NCBI RefSeq assembly: GCF_001194135.2
Contig: NC_069004.1
Span: 31,474,775-31,538,774 of the forward strand
Origin: Octopus bimaculoides
Lineage: Eukaryota
Direction of reading: 5' to 3'
DNA: 64,000 nt
Shown here: one piece after another, positions 50,301 to 63,615 of the stretch
How positions within the stretch are numbered: position 1 is the stretch's first letter
Layout of the letters: the number at the start of each line of letters is the position of its first letter
Program-made: the position numbers and the translations under genes
Notes under the pieces: generated by a model
Seen by the model: only the letters and a program-made list of their open reading frames with translations
The model's database searches: none
Told to the model about the DNA's origin: nothing

Positions 50301-51203
50301 ATGCAGTATTTTTATATACCTTCGACCTGCAATCTCATTGTTTTTTGTCAAGAGTTTCACCTCCAGCCGTTCCAGTTTTGTCAGTCAACACATACACTGA
50401 CACACCATTCTGCTGTGGTGGCCATAAGGACGGAAAGTTGCCGATGCGTAATGTTGTTCACATTTAGGATATAAATCATTCGTTTATTTCAAATATAATA
50501 GAAATAAGATGATCTTAATGTTATAACTTTAGAATTAAAAGTGAAAGAATTATTATAGCCTTATCACCTTATAGATGGATAAGCAGCTTTCTTTATGATA
50601 ATACAGATAGGACTAATTCGGCGAAACATTACTTTTATTATTGGAACATCGTCATTCTTGGAATGCAGCACTTTGTAATTTTGGTGGAAATTGAAATTCT
50701 TTTTTATGTCGATGCGTGGATCAATTTTGGAAGTATGTTAAAGTTTTTAGAAGACGTATGACGGAGAATTATTTAAGATCGTGTTTGCTTCTACGAGAAT
50801 CGTTTACCTTTAAACAAGATCGACATATACAACAGTTATGTAAAACATGCTGTTTCACTTGTTTCAATCATTCATTTTCAGGGGATCAAGAGGGGTTGTT
50901 ACGCACGCGCACTTTTTTTTTTTTTTTCCTGGGCGGCGGGGCGGGTGTGGATCAAATTTGGAGTTTTTCATATATAAAATTTGTAATTAATTAATGTTTT
51001 TGTTTGCCATATTGTTAATCTCCGTATTTTTCCTCGTAGAGTGAAAAAAAAAAAAAAAAAAGAATCGAAAAAAGTTAAGAATTCAAAAAATTGGGAACGG
51101 AAGAAGCAATTTAAAATTTTGAAAAGGTGATTTTTTTTTTTTTGNNNNNNNNNNNNNNNNNNNNNNNNNNNNNNNNNNNNNNNNNNNNNNNNNNNNNNNN
51201 NNN

Positions 51204-51243
<40 letters not shown>

Positions 51244-51511
51244 ATACTGTGAAACTTAATTTAATTTTTAATAAATTGATTTTAATTGAGTTTTTACCTG
51301 TAATTTTGGATTTTTATTCCTAATATATATATATATATATATATATGTGTGTAGTTTACTTAGATGCATATTCGTTTGTTGAAATAATATAGGGACCTTC
51401 CTTATTCACCTACTGATCATATTAATTAAGTTTGTAATACTTATTTTTAGCAATAAACTACGGCCAAGAAGGTTAATAAAACATTTAATGGCTTCATTAC
51501 AACTAACTGAT

Positions 51512-51648
51512 TCTAAGATTTATATATAGACATAGGATTGGAGATAGGAATGGGAGAACTGAACAGGGAACGGGATAGGACATGGAACAGTGTAATGGTA
51601 ACTGGAAATAACCCCTGCTTTTCCGGGTATACCGGGTAATTCAGCTAG
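51512..51648 (+). mobile_element. Possible mini-Helitron 3' terminus
   Basis: Short hairpin ccgg-gtata-ccgg about 9 nt before CTAG|t at 51645-51648. Confidence 0.3.
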
Positions 51649-52371
51649 TATATACATAATTTTAAAAAAACAAACAGGGGCTTCTGCGCTCCTGAAGCAG
51701 AAAATTGGAAAGACATTGGAAAAGAACATAATTCAATGAGCCAAAGGCGACAAGTAAATTGTGTTATGTATGGAAAAATGGTTACATAATTGTCATAAAA
51801 GAATTACCTAGAAGATGGATGGTCACTTAAAAGACAAAAACACGGAGATAAAGTCCAATTGAGTTTTGTCTACATCCACCAATTTGGGAGCTGGAAGAGA
51901 TGGTCGAACATCGTGATGTAATCATGTAATGGCGCCAAATTACAAAAAGCAGACGAGACAGAGGCTAATACATTTTACAGTGGGGGCGGTAGTGAGATAT
52001 CTACTTAAACCCGTCACCCCCTTCATCAGATCATGGGCTTGCCCAGATTACGAGAGCTTCAAAGTTGCGTTTTATGATACTTTCCCGAAATACACGCTTC
52101 TGCTTTTTCTCATTTTCTTACCAAATTTCTGTTAAAATACGCTATCTTTTATTTAAGTTAATTTTGAAAATGAAGAAATAAAGTAACTTTGGTTCATTAA
52201 TAAATATGTTATGTTGTGTGATGTCGTGTATAACCATTGAGTTTTTAAGACATTTTGATGGAAGGTTTTCATTTTAAAATAGAAGTTTGTTATCATAGAA
52301 ACAGGGGTATTTTCGGGTTGTTATAGTAAAAAAAAAAAGGTACCATACATTAAACAATCAACTAATTTAAC

Positions 52372-52424
52372 ATACAATTAAACCTTGGGAGAGGCATAAT
52401 GCCTCTCCCAAGGTTTAATTGTAT
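52372..52424. repeat. Perfect 53-bp palindrome (26-bp arms, 1-nt spacer)
   Basis: atacaattaaaccttgggagaggcat-a-atgcctctcccaaggtttaattgtat. Confidence 0.95.
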
Positions 52425-52847
52425 TTCTTTCAACACACGTATCCACATCAAGAATCTTGCACACGAAATACACATACGAAATAATTTTACATATTAAGAC
52501 CGTTAACTTCACTTAAACATTTATTGTCTGTAATATGCTGTCAAAACTGAGACCTAGTCACTGACAAACTGTCATATGGCCAGAGATTTTGAGGGGAGGG
52601 GAACAGTCGATACCATCGTTTCCATGACTCAACTCATACCTTATTTTATCAATCCCTGAACGATAAAAAGGAAAAGTTGATATAAGTAGGATGTAAAACG
52701 CTGGAGTAAATGCTGCAAAGCATATTTTTCAATGCTCTAACGATTCTGCCAGCTCGCCGCCCAAAGATGTGATTATCTTGTCTTCATTGAAGGCGGAAAT
52801 TCGGAAATCTTTTAATACCAAGGGTAAATGGTAGTGTATTGAAAACT

Positions 52848-53018
52848 GGTACTACTAAAGCAGCACGGTCCCGAACGCGCAGTCGCGCGTCCGCGCTAGC
52901 TAGTCGTGAGTGGTCGATCCTAACCCTAACCCTAACCCTAAACACGTATTCATTTGCACACGCGGGTTAGGGATAGGGATAGGACGCGCGACCGGGACAG
53001 TGCTGCTTTAGTAGTACC
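52848..53018. mobile_element. Mutator-like (MULE) MITE, 171 bp, with internal inverted telomeric repeats
   Basis: 26-bp TIRs ggtactactaaagcagcac(g/t)gtcccg with 1 mismatch; perfect 9-bp TSD ttgaaaact at 52839-52847 and 53019-53027; (taaccc)3 and gggttagggatagggatagg inside. Confidence 0.85.
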
Positions 53019-54009
53019 TTGAAAACTTTGGTGGGGGCTTATGGTTTGATAAAAATATTTTTTTAATTTCACAAATTCACTGGTTATACACGAAATCACA
53101 CTACATAACATTAACACATTTATTAATTAACCAGATAGTTATTATGACTTAAATACCGAAATCCAAAGATATGAAAGAGTGTAATGTTTTAAATGTAATG
53201 AAGTTTCTGAACTGCCATCTTAATTAGATGGTTGGTGGTGCTGGGTGGCTTTAGAAATCTCAGAGATGGTGTTAAGATGCAGCGATTCTTAATTGTTTCG
53301 TAAACTTATTATTCAAATGTCTAAACATGCAAGTGGATTTTGTCTAAAAATATTGAAAGACACTCTTCAAACCTGTGATAGAAAACCGTGGGACTATGTT
53401 CATTGTCGAATTCGTCAAACGGTGACAATTCTTTCCCAAGTTACTGATTAACTTTCCGTTCTAGTACTCTTTTGTCACAACCATTAAACATGTCACCTAC
53501 TTCTCTTCCCAGACACATTGGTTCTGTACAAAGTTTCGTTAGTCGAGAGTTCTTTTATTCTAATAACTTCTTTCCTCAAATTGTTGCTCTCGTCTTCTTT
53601 TCCTCTGGCCTACAATAATGAGTCCTTTAAGCTTTCTGCCTATCGAAATCCGACAATCATTACTGCGCCGGACAAAATGCTTTGCAGCATTTCTTCCAGC
53701 TCTATACATTCTCAGTTCAAATGCCACCATGGTCAACTTTGCCTTTCATCCTTTCGGGGTCGACGAAATAAGTCCCAGTTGAATACTGAGGCCGATGTAA
53801 TCAACTAAACCCCTCTCCAAAAATTTCAGGCTGTGCGCCTATTGGAGAAAAGATTTCCGCCAAGGTCAACTTTGCCTTTCATCTTTTCGGGAATCGATAA
53901 AATAAGTACCAGTTATGCAAATGAAATCGACTGGCACCACCCTTGATTTTAGGCCCTGTGCCTATAATAGAAAGGATTATTATTATTATTATTAGAGGAT
54001 TAGAGCAAC

Positions 54010-54600
54010 AGCCCATATGTTGATGGCAGTCACGATATCCCTTGAGTTTTGATTTCAAGAGACGTTTGAGGTGCTTCAAATATGCAGTGGTGACCATGTC
54101 TTTCGTTTCTCTGTACGAAACGTTGTCCAATTCCAGGATCCCAGGTACTTGTACCAATCATCATCCGGATCTTTCATTTGCTTTCCGTTTGATAATTCTC
54201 TGCCCCTACAATCTGCTCTTTTCTCTTGTTTCAAAGTGAGCACCGCACACTTTGAGATCCTGAATTCCATCCCTATATCCTTGCTGCACATTTGCACAGT
54301 CTCGACCAGCCTCTCTATTTCAGGCTTTGTTTTAAATCATCCATGAAAAGAAGGTGGTCGAGATGAGGTCCATTCTTCCTCAGCTCATAGGGCGCGTTGA
54401 CTTTGCGTAGAACTAATTTGTTGCACATGAATTTTAGCAATGAAATGTTAAGTGAAACCCCTGTTGAGAACCACTGAGGTACATCATCACATAGACTCTT
54501 CTTATATCTGCAAGTCCTGCTTTTTCCAACACAGTCCTTCATCTTCTTTGTCCTAGCATTGACCGAAAGGTATTTTAACTCGGCTTCAGTGAAATCGGGT
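54010..54600 (-). mobile_element. R4/Dong-like non-LTR retrotransposon RT relic
   Basis: HLDHLLFMDDLK, SKDIGMEFRISKCAVLTLK, YKYLG(I)LELD, YLKHLKRLLKSKL across frameshifted ORFs 54315-54542, 54076-54297 and 53879-54157. Confidence 0.8.
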
Positions 54601-54837
54601 TCAGATAGTATTCATTTTCCAAATCCTATTGACAACACTATTGTTATGCCGTCAATTAGAAGTAATTACAATCGCCAAATAGAATCTATTAATTCTTCTA
54701 AACAGAAGACTTTGTTAATTTTTTTTCATTAAAAAAAAAAAAAGAATTGTAAGAAAGGCGGTGTATGTCAACAGATATACGGTAACAAAAGGGTGAACGT
54801 AATCCTTCAGTAAAGTGTTTATCCAAATAAAACAAGT

Positions 54838-55160
54838 GAAGGCGCGTTTTAGTGATTAAAGTATTCAGCTCATGATTGCAAGGTTGTGAGCTCGAATTTC
54901 GGTGGCGCGTTGTCCTTGAGCAAGACACTTTATTTCATGTTGTTCCAGTCCACTCAGCTGGCAAAAATATGTTGTACCTGTATTTCAAAGGGCCGACCTT
55001 GTCACATTCTTTGTCACGCTGAATCTCCTTGAAAACTCGTAGAGAACTAGGTTAAGGGTACGAATGTCTGTGGAGTGCTCAGGTTAATTTCACGAGCAGG
55101 CTGTTCCATTGATCGGATCAACTGGAACCCTCGCCGTCGTAACCGACGGAGTGCCAGTTT
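54838..55160 (+). mobile_element. tRNA-derived SINE family D (representative)
   Basis: Head aggcgcgt..tagtg.tta...ttgtgagctcgaatt, core ttgagcaagacactttatttcatgttg..ccagtccactcagctggcaaaaat. Related pieces at ~17030-17130(-), 40590-41120(-), 42875-43170, 46093-46340, 60860-60965(-). Confidence 0.7.
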
Positions 55161-56710
55161 ATGCAAGTAAATCAGTAGCCACACGCATACCTTTGCTTCT
55201 AGTGACCTTCAGTGAATGATAAAATAAAACTGCAGTCGCACGCATGGCATTGTAAAAGAATAAACATTTTAACAAAACAAAAAATGACATTGTCAGGCAA
55301 AATAGCTGCAATACTACGACAATAAAACAATGTTACTTTATTATCGATATCTAGGAGTCAATAGTCGATGAATTTCGGAAAGATGCAGTTTACTAGCTGT
55401 TCTTTCCTTTCGTCCCGCCATTAAAACACACAACTATAAAACTCAACCACTTCCGCTGTAGTATCAAACATTCTTTTGGATTTTCTTTTGGTCCAATTCT
55501 ACATTCCCTGAACTAAACTTTCAGAAAAATAATTATACTTTTCTTTATTTTTTGAAGCGAGTTACATGTTTTGTCTTTTTTTTTAAATAAGAAGTGTTTT
55601 ATCTTTCAACAATGCTAGTTCAACGATAGTGTTAAGAAATAAAAGTTAAAAGAAAAAGGTAATTATAACAAATTTTTAAACATTTGTTCGTTCGAGCATT
55701 CAAAAGAGTTGTCCTCGCTGATTAATATTTTTTATAGAATCCCAGGAGTTAAAATTCGTGTAGAAGAAACTACGATTAACATACAGTTTTGGCGGTGAGC
55801 TGGTAGAATCATTACCATGCTGGGCAAAATGCTTAGCAGCATTTCATGTCTTTACGTTCTGAGTTCAAATTCTGCTGAGGTCGACTTTGCCTTTCATCTT
55901 TTCAGAGTCAATAAATTCTTGTGAGCCATTTGGCAACCTCATCAGTATGGGTGCCACAAAAAAAGCACTCAATACACTCTGTAAAGTAGTTGGCTTCCAG
56001 CCATAGGAACCATACCAAAACAGACATTGGACTATGATAAAAATCTTCCGACTCATTAGATCGTGTCAAGTCATTGATTCCATGTCAGTAACGAAGACGG
56101 ATGTTGAATGGTAATGATGTGTATTAGATTGAAGAATTGAAAACGAAATACTGATCAAAACATTAAAAATAAATAACAAAATTAAAAATAAAAACAACAA
56201 AAAATCATAATGAAAATATTCAAAGATTATTAATGTATTTTTTTTTTTAATATTTTATTTAACAAAAGATGCATATACATACATAAATCCATGCGTGTAT
56301 AGCAGTATGGCAAACAGAATTCAAATGATGAAAAGGATGATATTATCATTGTTATTATTATTATTATTATACAAAACTTGTAAAATGGAGATGAAGTGTT
56401 TCTTTTGAAGTGTACGAGATGGATGAAAGAAGAACAGTTTGAAATGAGGGGTAGGATAGAATTTTTTTGTTCTTGAAGTTTGCTATTTTTCAAGCATTTT
56501 TTAACAATAACTGTTGATACTGTGTGAGTCTCTCTCTCTCTCCCGTAACTTTCTCTCTCCGTATATAGATAGACAGACAGACAGACAGTGACATGATGGT
56601 CTGCTGGTTCTGAATCACTGCATCATTCGAGAAAGGAAGATACCTTTAGCCGTTCTGATACTAAGTCGCCTGAAAATTTTCTTGATTCTGTGATACAAAC
56701 TTTCTTGTTT

Positions 56711-57000
56711 TAAAGAGATCTAAATTGAAAAATCTTTCATGAAAATATCATTTTTAATTTATGTTCCAAACTCCAGCTTAATAACGACAAAGTTATTTTA
56801 ATAAATTCTTCATTATTTTAAGAATTAATTGAACCAAAGCCAGTATATTCCAACAAGGATATGGTAACATAAGGGTTAAAGTGATCTAAATTAAAACCTT
56901 CCTTCAAAATTTCATGTTAATTCATGTTCCAAACACCAGCTTTATAATGAAAAAGTTGTACTAAATTCTTCATTATTTTCAAAATTAATTGAAACAATAG
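56711..57000. repeat. Two tandem ~166-bp AT-rich units with a piggyBac-like AGGG|TTAA junction
   Basis: taaag.gatctaaatt.aaa...atgttccaaac.ccagctt.ataa...taaattcttcattatttt at 56711 and 56877; taagggttaa at the junction. Confidence 0.6.
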
Positions 57001-57678
57001 AAATATGTTAAGAAAAGGATTAATTGTTATTTACGTATTAATTGGATTGACCTGGAAAGTGTACTGTGTGTAAGAAAATCTAAATATATTAAACACCATA
57101 CAAGAATTACTAAAGAAAAAAAGATGGCTGGTGGCCCTCGTCCCTTCCAGATTGATAAATAAGCAACCATTCATTGAAACAAATAACAGGGTCAAAGTAA
57201 CCAACTAAAACCTTTGACGGTATTGCTCCAGCATGGTCAAAAACTTATGACCGAGACCAGTAAAGACGATTATTGTACGGGTAATGGAGTGTCTGAAACA
57301 ATGGAGAGGAGAAGTAAATGTACAACTGTATTTAGTTCCATCCTTCTATATCTGATTTCAAATCCTGCCAAGGGTTAATATGAATTCCATCCAACCAGGG
57401 ATCAGTAGAATAAGTACCTGCCTGCCTTGTTGTTGTTTAGCCCCAAGTCAGCTCTTATAGATCAGACATATAATCAGAGGCATTCTATCCATGACCACCC
57501 TGTTTTTTTCCTACGTACATGGAGACCAGGGTCTCATTGCCTGGTGTTGTCCTTTTCTTTTAAGACGACAGAAGTGTGGGATCTGAATAAAATTTGGCTG
57601 CTATTTTTAGCGGATTAAGCAACCATGTATAGAGGTCTCTTTGTTGGCTAGAAGCACTTGTCATATATCCTTCAACCA

Positions 57679-57713
<35 letters not shown>

Positions 57714-59278
57714 GATAGATACCAGTATGAGACCCAGGGGTAGATCATGAGCAAGATGGTCGGATAACATCCATGAGATCAGTTGGTATTGCTTGAGAAT
57801 CCATCCAGATCAACTGGAGATGGTTGCTTCTGACAAGACCCACGATCTACCCAGAATTAAGTGGGTAAAGAAGATGAGAGTGAAAACCAAATGAACACAA
57901 AAGAGACTCAATATCCTTTCATCAGCTGTTGACTGAATGTCAATGCAGTTTCAACACCTAGCAACAGAACTACTCAATCCAGCAGTGTCAACAGCTTCTA
58001 TTGAAGCTGTTAGGAGAAGAAACATATAAACACAAAAATTGAACAATAATGAGAAAAACAACTGTAAAAAGACAATTATGGAGAAAGTACAAAACAAAAC
58101 TCATGCATTTAACCTCACGATGGTCATCTCAAATATTAAACTGAGGGCTGTGTAGGACTTAGTTATGTTTGATCCCAGGGTAAAGTTGATTCAGAAGAGA
58201 AGACTATAATGCAACAAAATGCTGAAATTCATTCAATCCTGTTCTATAATTTCTGGACTCCATTGGTTTTTAAAATTAAAATATTTGTTTCTGAGTTACA
58301 AGATCAAAGTAAAGGACCTTGGGGAAATATATTTTTGAATTTGAAATATGAAATTTAGGGCCAAAGATGAGAGAGAGAGAGAGAAAGAGAGAGAGAAGGG
58401 GTTATAATAAAAAAGGATGAGAAGAATGAATGAGAGAGAAGGGAGTGATTTCTGTAAAGTCTGTTGTTTATGAGACATGAGTCATTGGTCAATCATAGCT
58501 GTTCTAGGACAGGTAACCGTCTGTCTGTTCGTGAGTCTGTTCGTTTCTCACACTAAAGATGCCAAAGATTCTGTGAAAAATCTATTTCTGTCCAACATCA
58601 TCGCTGTAAATAAAAGAAATAAAATGTAAAAGTTAGGTAGGAATGTGGCAGAAATCTTAGGTTTATTCTAGACCAAAACATACTATTAAATATACACTGC
58701 CACTATATATCTTCAATATATACAGCATAACATACAATATAATATATACAGCATAACATACATTTACGTACATGATTGGCTTTGTCAGTTATGACGATGG
58801 GGATTCCAGCTGAAACAATCAACAGAGTAATCAACTTGTCCCCTCCACCAAATTCCAGGCCTTGTGCTAATAGCAGAAAGGATTACTCTTATCATTATTA
58901 GGAGGGCAGTATGCTGCTAGATTCGTTAGCATGCCAAATAAAATACTTAGCGACATTTTGTCTGTCTTTACACTCTGAATTCAGATGGCGCCAAGGACAG
59001 TTTTGCTTGTCATTCTTTCAGGGTTGATGATATCAGTTCCAGTTAAGCACTGGGGTTGATGTATTTGATGAGCCCCTTCACCCACAATTTCAGGCCTGGC
59101 GCCAATAGAATGGCTGTTAAATCTACATATATGGTCAGTATTTCAAGCTATTTTACACTACTGGTTACATCTACATATGTGGTCAGTACTTCAATGTACT
59201 TTGTACTCCTATTTCTTTGTCTGCAGATGAATAAATAACGAGACAAGATACTGAAACGAAGCAGCAGGTAACACTTAC

Positions 59279-61732
59279 TTTGGCGAAAGTTCGTTGGCGC
59301 ATGAGGGAATCAACTTTGGAGTTGTAGAAATCAAAGACAAACTGTGCCATCTGAGCCATGTCTTCCATCACAACAACTTTACCGTAAGCCAGTTCTGTGA
59401 CCTGTCATTGGAAATAACAACAACAACAACAATGAACATTTAATAACTTGGAAAAACAACAACAGGTAAGATAAAAGCCGCTCAAATATCAGGTGTTAAT
59501 CTGACCAGGTGAGAGGACAAATGGCATGAATATGAGATTGTGACAAGCTATGGGCAGTGCATTCCCTTTCTTAGATCTCCTCCTCCTCATCATCATCATT
59601 ATTTAATGTCCACTTCTCCATGCTTGCATGGGTCAGTCAGAATTTGTCCACACAGGTTTTCTATGGCTGGATGCCCTTCCTGTCATCAACCCTCATTTGA
59701 TTTACAATCATCAAGTGATGTCTAAACAAGAGAGCACACAAATACACACACCAGTATATACATAAACACACAACATTATACACACATACAATGGGCTTCT
59801 TTCGGTTTCCATCTACCAAATCTACTCACAAGGCTTTGGTTTACCTGGAGCTATAGTACAAGACACTTGCTCAAGGTACCATGCAGTGGGACTGAACCAA
59901 AGACCATATGATTAGGAAGCAAGCTTTGCAACCACACAGCCATACCTGTACTTATTTAATTTAAATGAAGGGCAGAGTCCCTCTTTCTCAGATTTATTTA
60001 GTTAAAACGAAGGTACAGGGTCACTAGTCCTTCATTTTAACTGAAAAGATTGTAAAAATATGTCTTGCGAAAACATGGGCTATTCTCAATGGCCAATGTC
60101 ATCTGGAAGTCATCACTACCCAGTGTTTAAAAGTACCTTCTTCCATGCCACTGTAGAATCTGTGATGCTTAACAGGACTGCTGCCTGGACATTTATGAAA
60201 CCTCTTGTGGGAAAAAGCATTTGACAAACCACATGCTGTATGGCAGCAATTAATTAATTTATTAATTTTGCAATTAATAAATTATATTAACTCTTCACCT
60301 CCATTTTCTGAATTTTAATTTGAATATTTATAAAACAAGATTTATACTTAAACCTATTATTTTATGAATATTACTATTTATAAAGAAAAATACGTAATGA
60401 ACCAGTAATTCATTGGGTATTTTTATCCCTTAATGAGGCTATTTTAACCGCTATTTAAATTTATGTGTGTGTGTGTGTGGTGCTACTCTGGTAGCGGTNN
60501 NNNNNNNNNNNNNNNNNNNNNNNNNNNNNNNNNNNNNNNNNNNNNNNNNNNNNNNNNNNNNNNNNNNNNNNNNNNNNNNNNNNNNNNNNNNNNNNNNNNN
60601 NNNNNGATGGTGATGCTCCTCGCAAACTACTCACCTTCCGTACTGGAGGGTAGATTTCTGTTGGTGTCAGGTGCAGATTAATTGGTCGACTCGTTAGCTG
60701 CAAAATAGAAGGGAGATAAAGCATGTTAACGTCCGGCAAGGGCCAGAATGGTAACGAATATATTTAGGGGGGAGGACAATAAATTGTAAAAGGTGGTGGT
60801 GGTGGTGGGTTAAAAAATTTTTTTTTTATATAGTTCCCTTCTAGAGTCTTACCGACTCATAAGTGTTTCGCTCAAAAACACAATGCGTTGCCCAGTCCGG
60901 GAATCGAAACCACGATCTCATGATCATGAGTCCAACACCCTAACCACTAAGCCACGCACCTCCACGGTAGTGGTGGTGAATGCTAATACAACCTCTCACC
61001 TGGCACATGGCCACTTCTCTTGGTTCCTCTCCCTCTCTCAGCTGAGATGCTCTTGTTTTGCAAGATACTTGAGAACCCTGCAGGTGCTGGCGCCGCATAA
61101 AAATCACCCATGCTGGCATCACATAGAAAGCACCCATGCTGGTGCCATGTAAAAGACACTCATACTGGCACCCTGTCAAAAGCACATGTGACGGTGCCAT
61201 GTCAAAAACACCTGTGTTGGCGCCACACAGAAAGCACTCATGTTAATTTCATAGAAAAAGCACCCAGCTTGGTGTCATGTAAAAATTACCCAGTACACTG
61301 AGTGTTAGGGAGTGGTTGGTGTTAGGAAGGGCATCCAGCCTTAGAAACCTTGCCAAAACAGACAAATGGAGCCTGGTGCAGCCATTCGGCTTGCAAGTTC
61401 CTGGCAAACCTTCCAACCCATGCCAGCATGGAAAATGGATGATATATGATGATGACGATAACGATGGTATGAAAGCATGTATATACATACATATAAATGT
61501 ATGTTTAAGCACACAAACACACACACACACATGCATGCAGGCGCACACATACAAAGTGTTGAAGGGAAGCTCGTAGCAACTAACCTTATTAAACGCTGGA
61601 GTTAGTTCGAAACAGTTGCGGAAGAGGGAGACACGTGCAAAAACGTATAATCCCAGACGTGCACGGGACAATGCAACAATAAGACGCCGCACATCGCTGC
61701 AAAACAGAAACGCACATTATTAATAGTGTCAG

Positions 61733-61769
<37 letters not shown>

Positions 61770-63584
61770 AGTGGTGATTGTGATGATGGCGGTGGTGGTG
61801 ATGGTGATAAAGAAGATGAAGTTGATGTGGTGGTGGAGATGGTGGTGATGATGATAAAGAGATAAACATGTGAAGAAAAACAATCGAAACTCACCGCAGA
61901 TGTCCCACAGCTTTCGTTCTGACAAGAGATAATAAGATGTAGTCGTTTTGTTGACCCTGGTAACGATCAACTGTTGTCACCTAAACAACAACAACATCAA
62001 CAATCAGAAAAATGAAATATATTCCAGATAAATTATTCCCACATCCACACACACAGACTATAAAAGTATAGAGGCATGTCTTTCTCTCACTTTCCCTCCT
62101 ACGTGCTATCAATCTCATCACTCTCTCATATCTGCCATTGAGGGCCTCCTCCTCACTACATCAGTCCTTACATATCTCTGACATCCATCTCTGTCACTGT
62201 ACATATATCTCTCTCTTTCTTTCTTTTGCCTCCCCACTCTCCCAAAATTTCCCATCCTAGTATGCAACACACACACACACACATGAGGGGGGGGGGGCTG
62301 AAAAGTTTCTGGCTTTGTGTAAAAGAAAATACAAGAGGAGCAGTTAATTATGATTTTATTCAACCTCAGATTCACACATTCATTGCAAGCGGTCCTTCAG
62401 TTTTTCAAAGTCCTGTATAAGAACCTGAAGGTTGGGCCTCCAACAGAACCCTTCACGATACCCTTAAAGCTAGGAACTTTTCATCACCCACCTCATATAC
62501 ATTCTTTTATTTGTTTCAGTAATTTGACTGCGGCCATGCTGGAGCATCGCCTTTAGTTGAACAAATCAACCCCAAGACTTATTCTTTGTAAGCCTCGTAC
62601 TTATTCTATCAGGGCTCTTTTGCCAAACTGCTAAGTTACAGGGACATAAACACACCAGCATCGGTTGTCAAGTGATGGTGGGGGGACAGGGAACAAACAC
62701 AGATACACAAACATACACACACACATACAACGGGCTTCTTTCAGTTTCAGTCTACCAAATCCACTCACAAGGCTTTGGTCGGCCTGAGGATATAGTAGAG
62801 GACACTTGCCCAAGGTGCCACACAGTGGAACTGAACCTAGAACCATGTGTATATCCCCCAGGGTCAATAAAATCAAATCATGTGTTTACCTTGTGGGGTC
62901 GTCCAATGAAAGGATTGTTGCCACATCTCTGGGCTATGACGTCACGGATCAAGTGTTTCTGACCGTTATAGGTGGTCAGTATGGAGATCTTCTCAGCTGG
63001 GTAACCTAGTAACCTCATGTACATAAACACAGCCACGGTATACTCAGCCTCTGCCAGGTTCTATGATGACAAGACAGAGAAAGAAAGGATTAAATGTAAA
63101 TAATAAAAAAATTAAAAATTGAAATAAAAATAAAATGTCTGCTTCTAAAATTGTGCATTTTCTATAAATTTATGATAACATAATGGTAAACCAATGCCTA
63201 GCAGTCCATGTAAATCTAAATATGTCCAAAATTCCTGTCAAGTATGAAACAGAATTTCTCCTCTGATTTGGTTTTATCATTATGGACATTTGGATAATTT
63301 ATGGAGTGTATTTGGGAAAAGGTACACCCACAAAATTCCTGGAAGAGTTGGCATTCCAGGAAAAATATCTGACCAAGAGCAATGCCTCAGAAATCCTGAC
63401 CAACCCATACCAGCATGGAAAAACTGATGTAAAATGATGACGGCAATGGTAGTGGTGGTGATTGAGATGAGGATGAGGATGATGGTGATGGTGGTGGTGA
63501 TGGTGATGGTGGTGGTGGTGGTGATGACGACACTGATGATGATGATAATGATGACGGTGGTAATAACGACGCTGATGCTGGAGG

Positions 63585-63615
<31 letters not shown>

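Noticed and set aside
52921-52983. Chromosome end or fusion-site interpretation of the TAACCC/GGGTTA repeats
   Set aside because: Only about 3 units per side, enclosed by TIRs and a 9-bp TSD, so they are transposon-borne.
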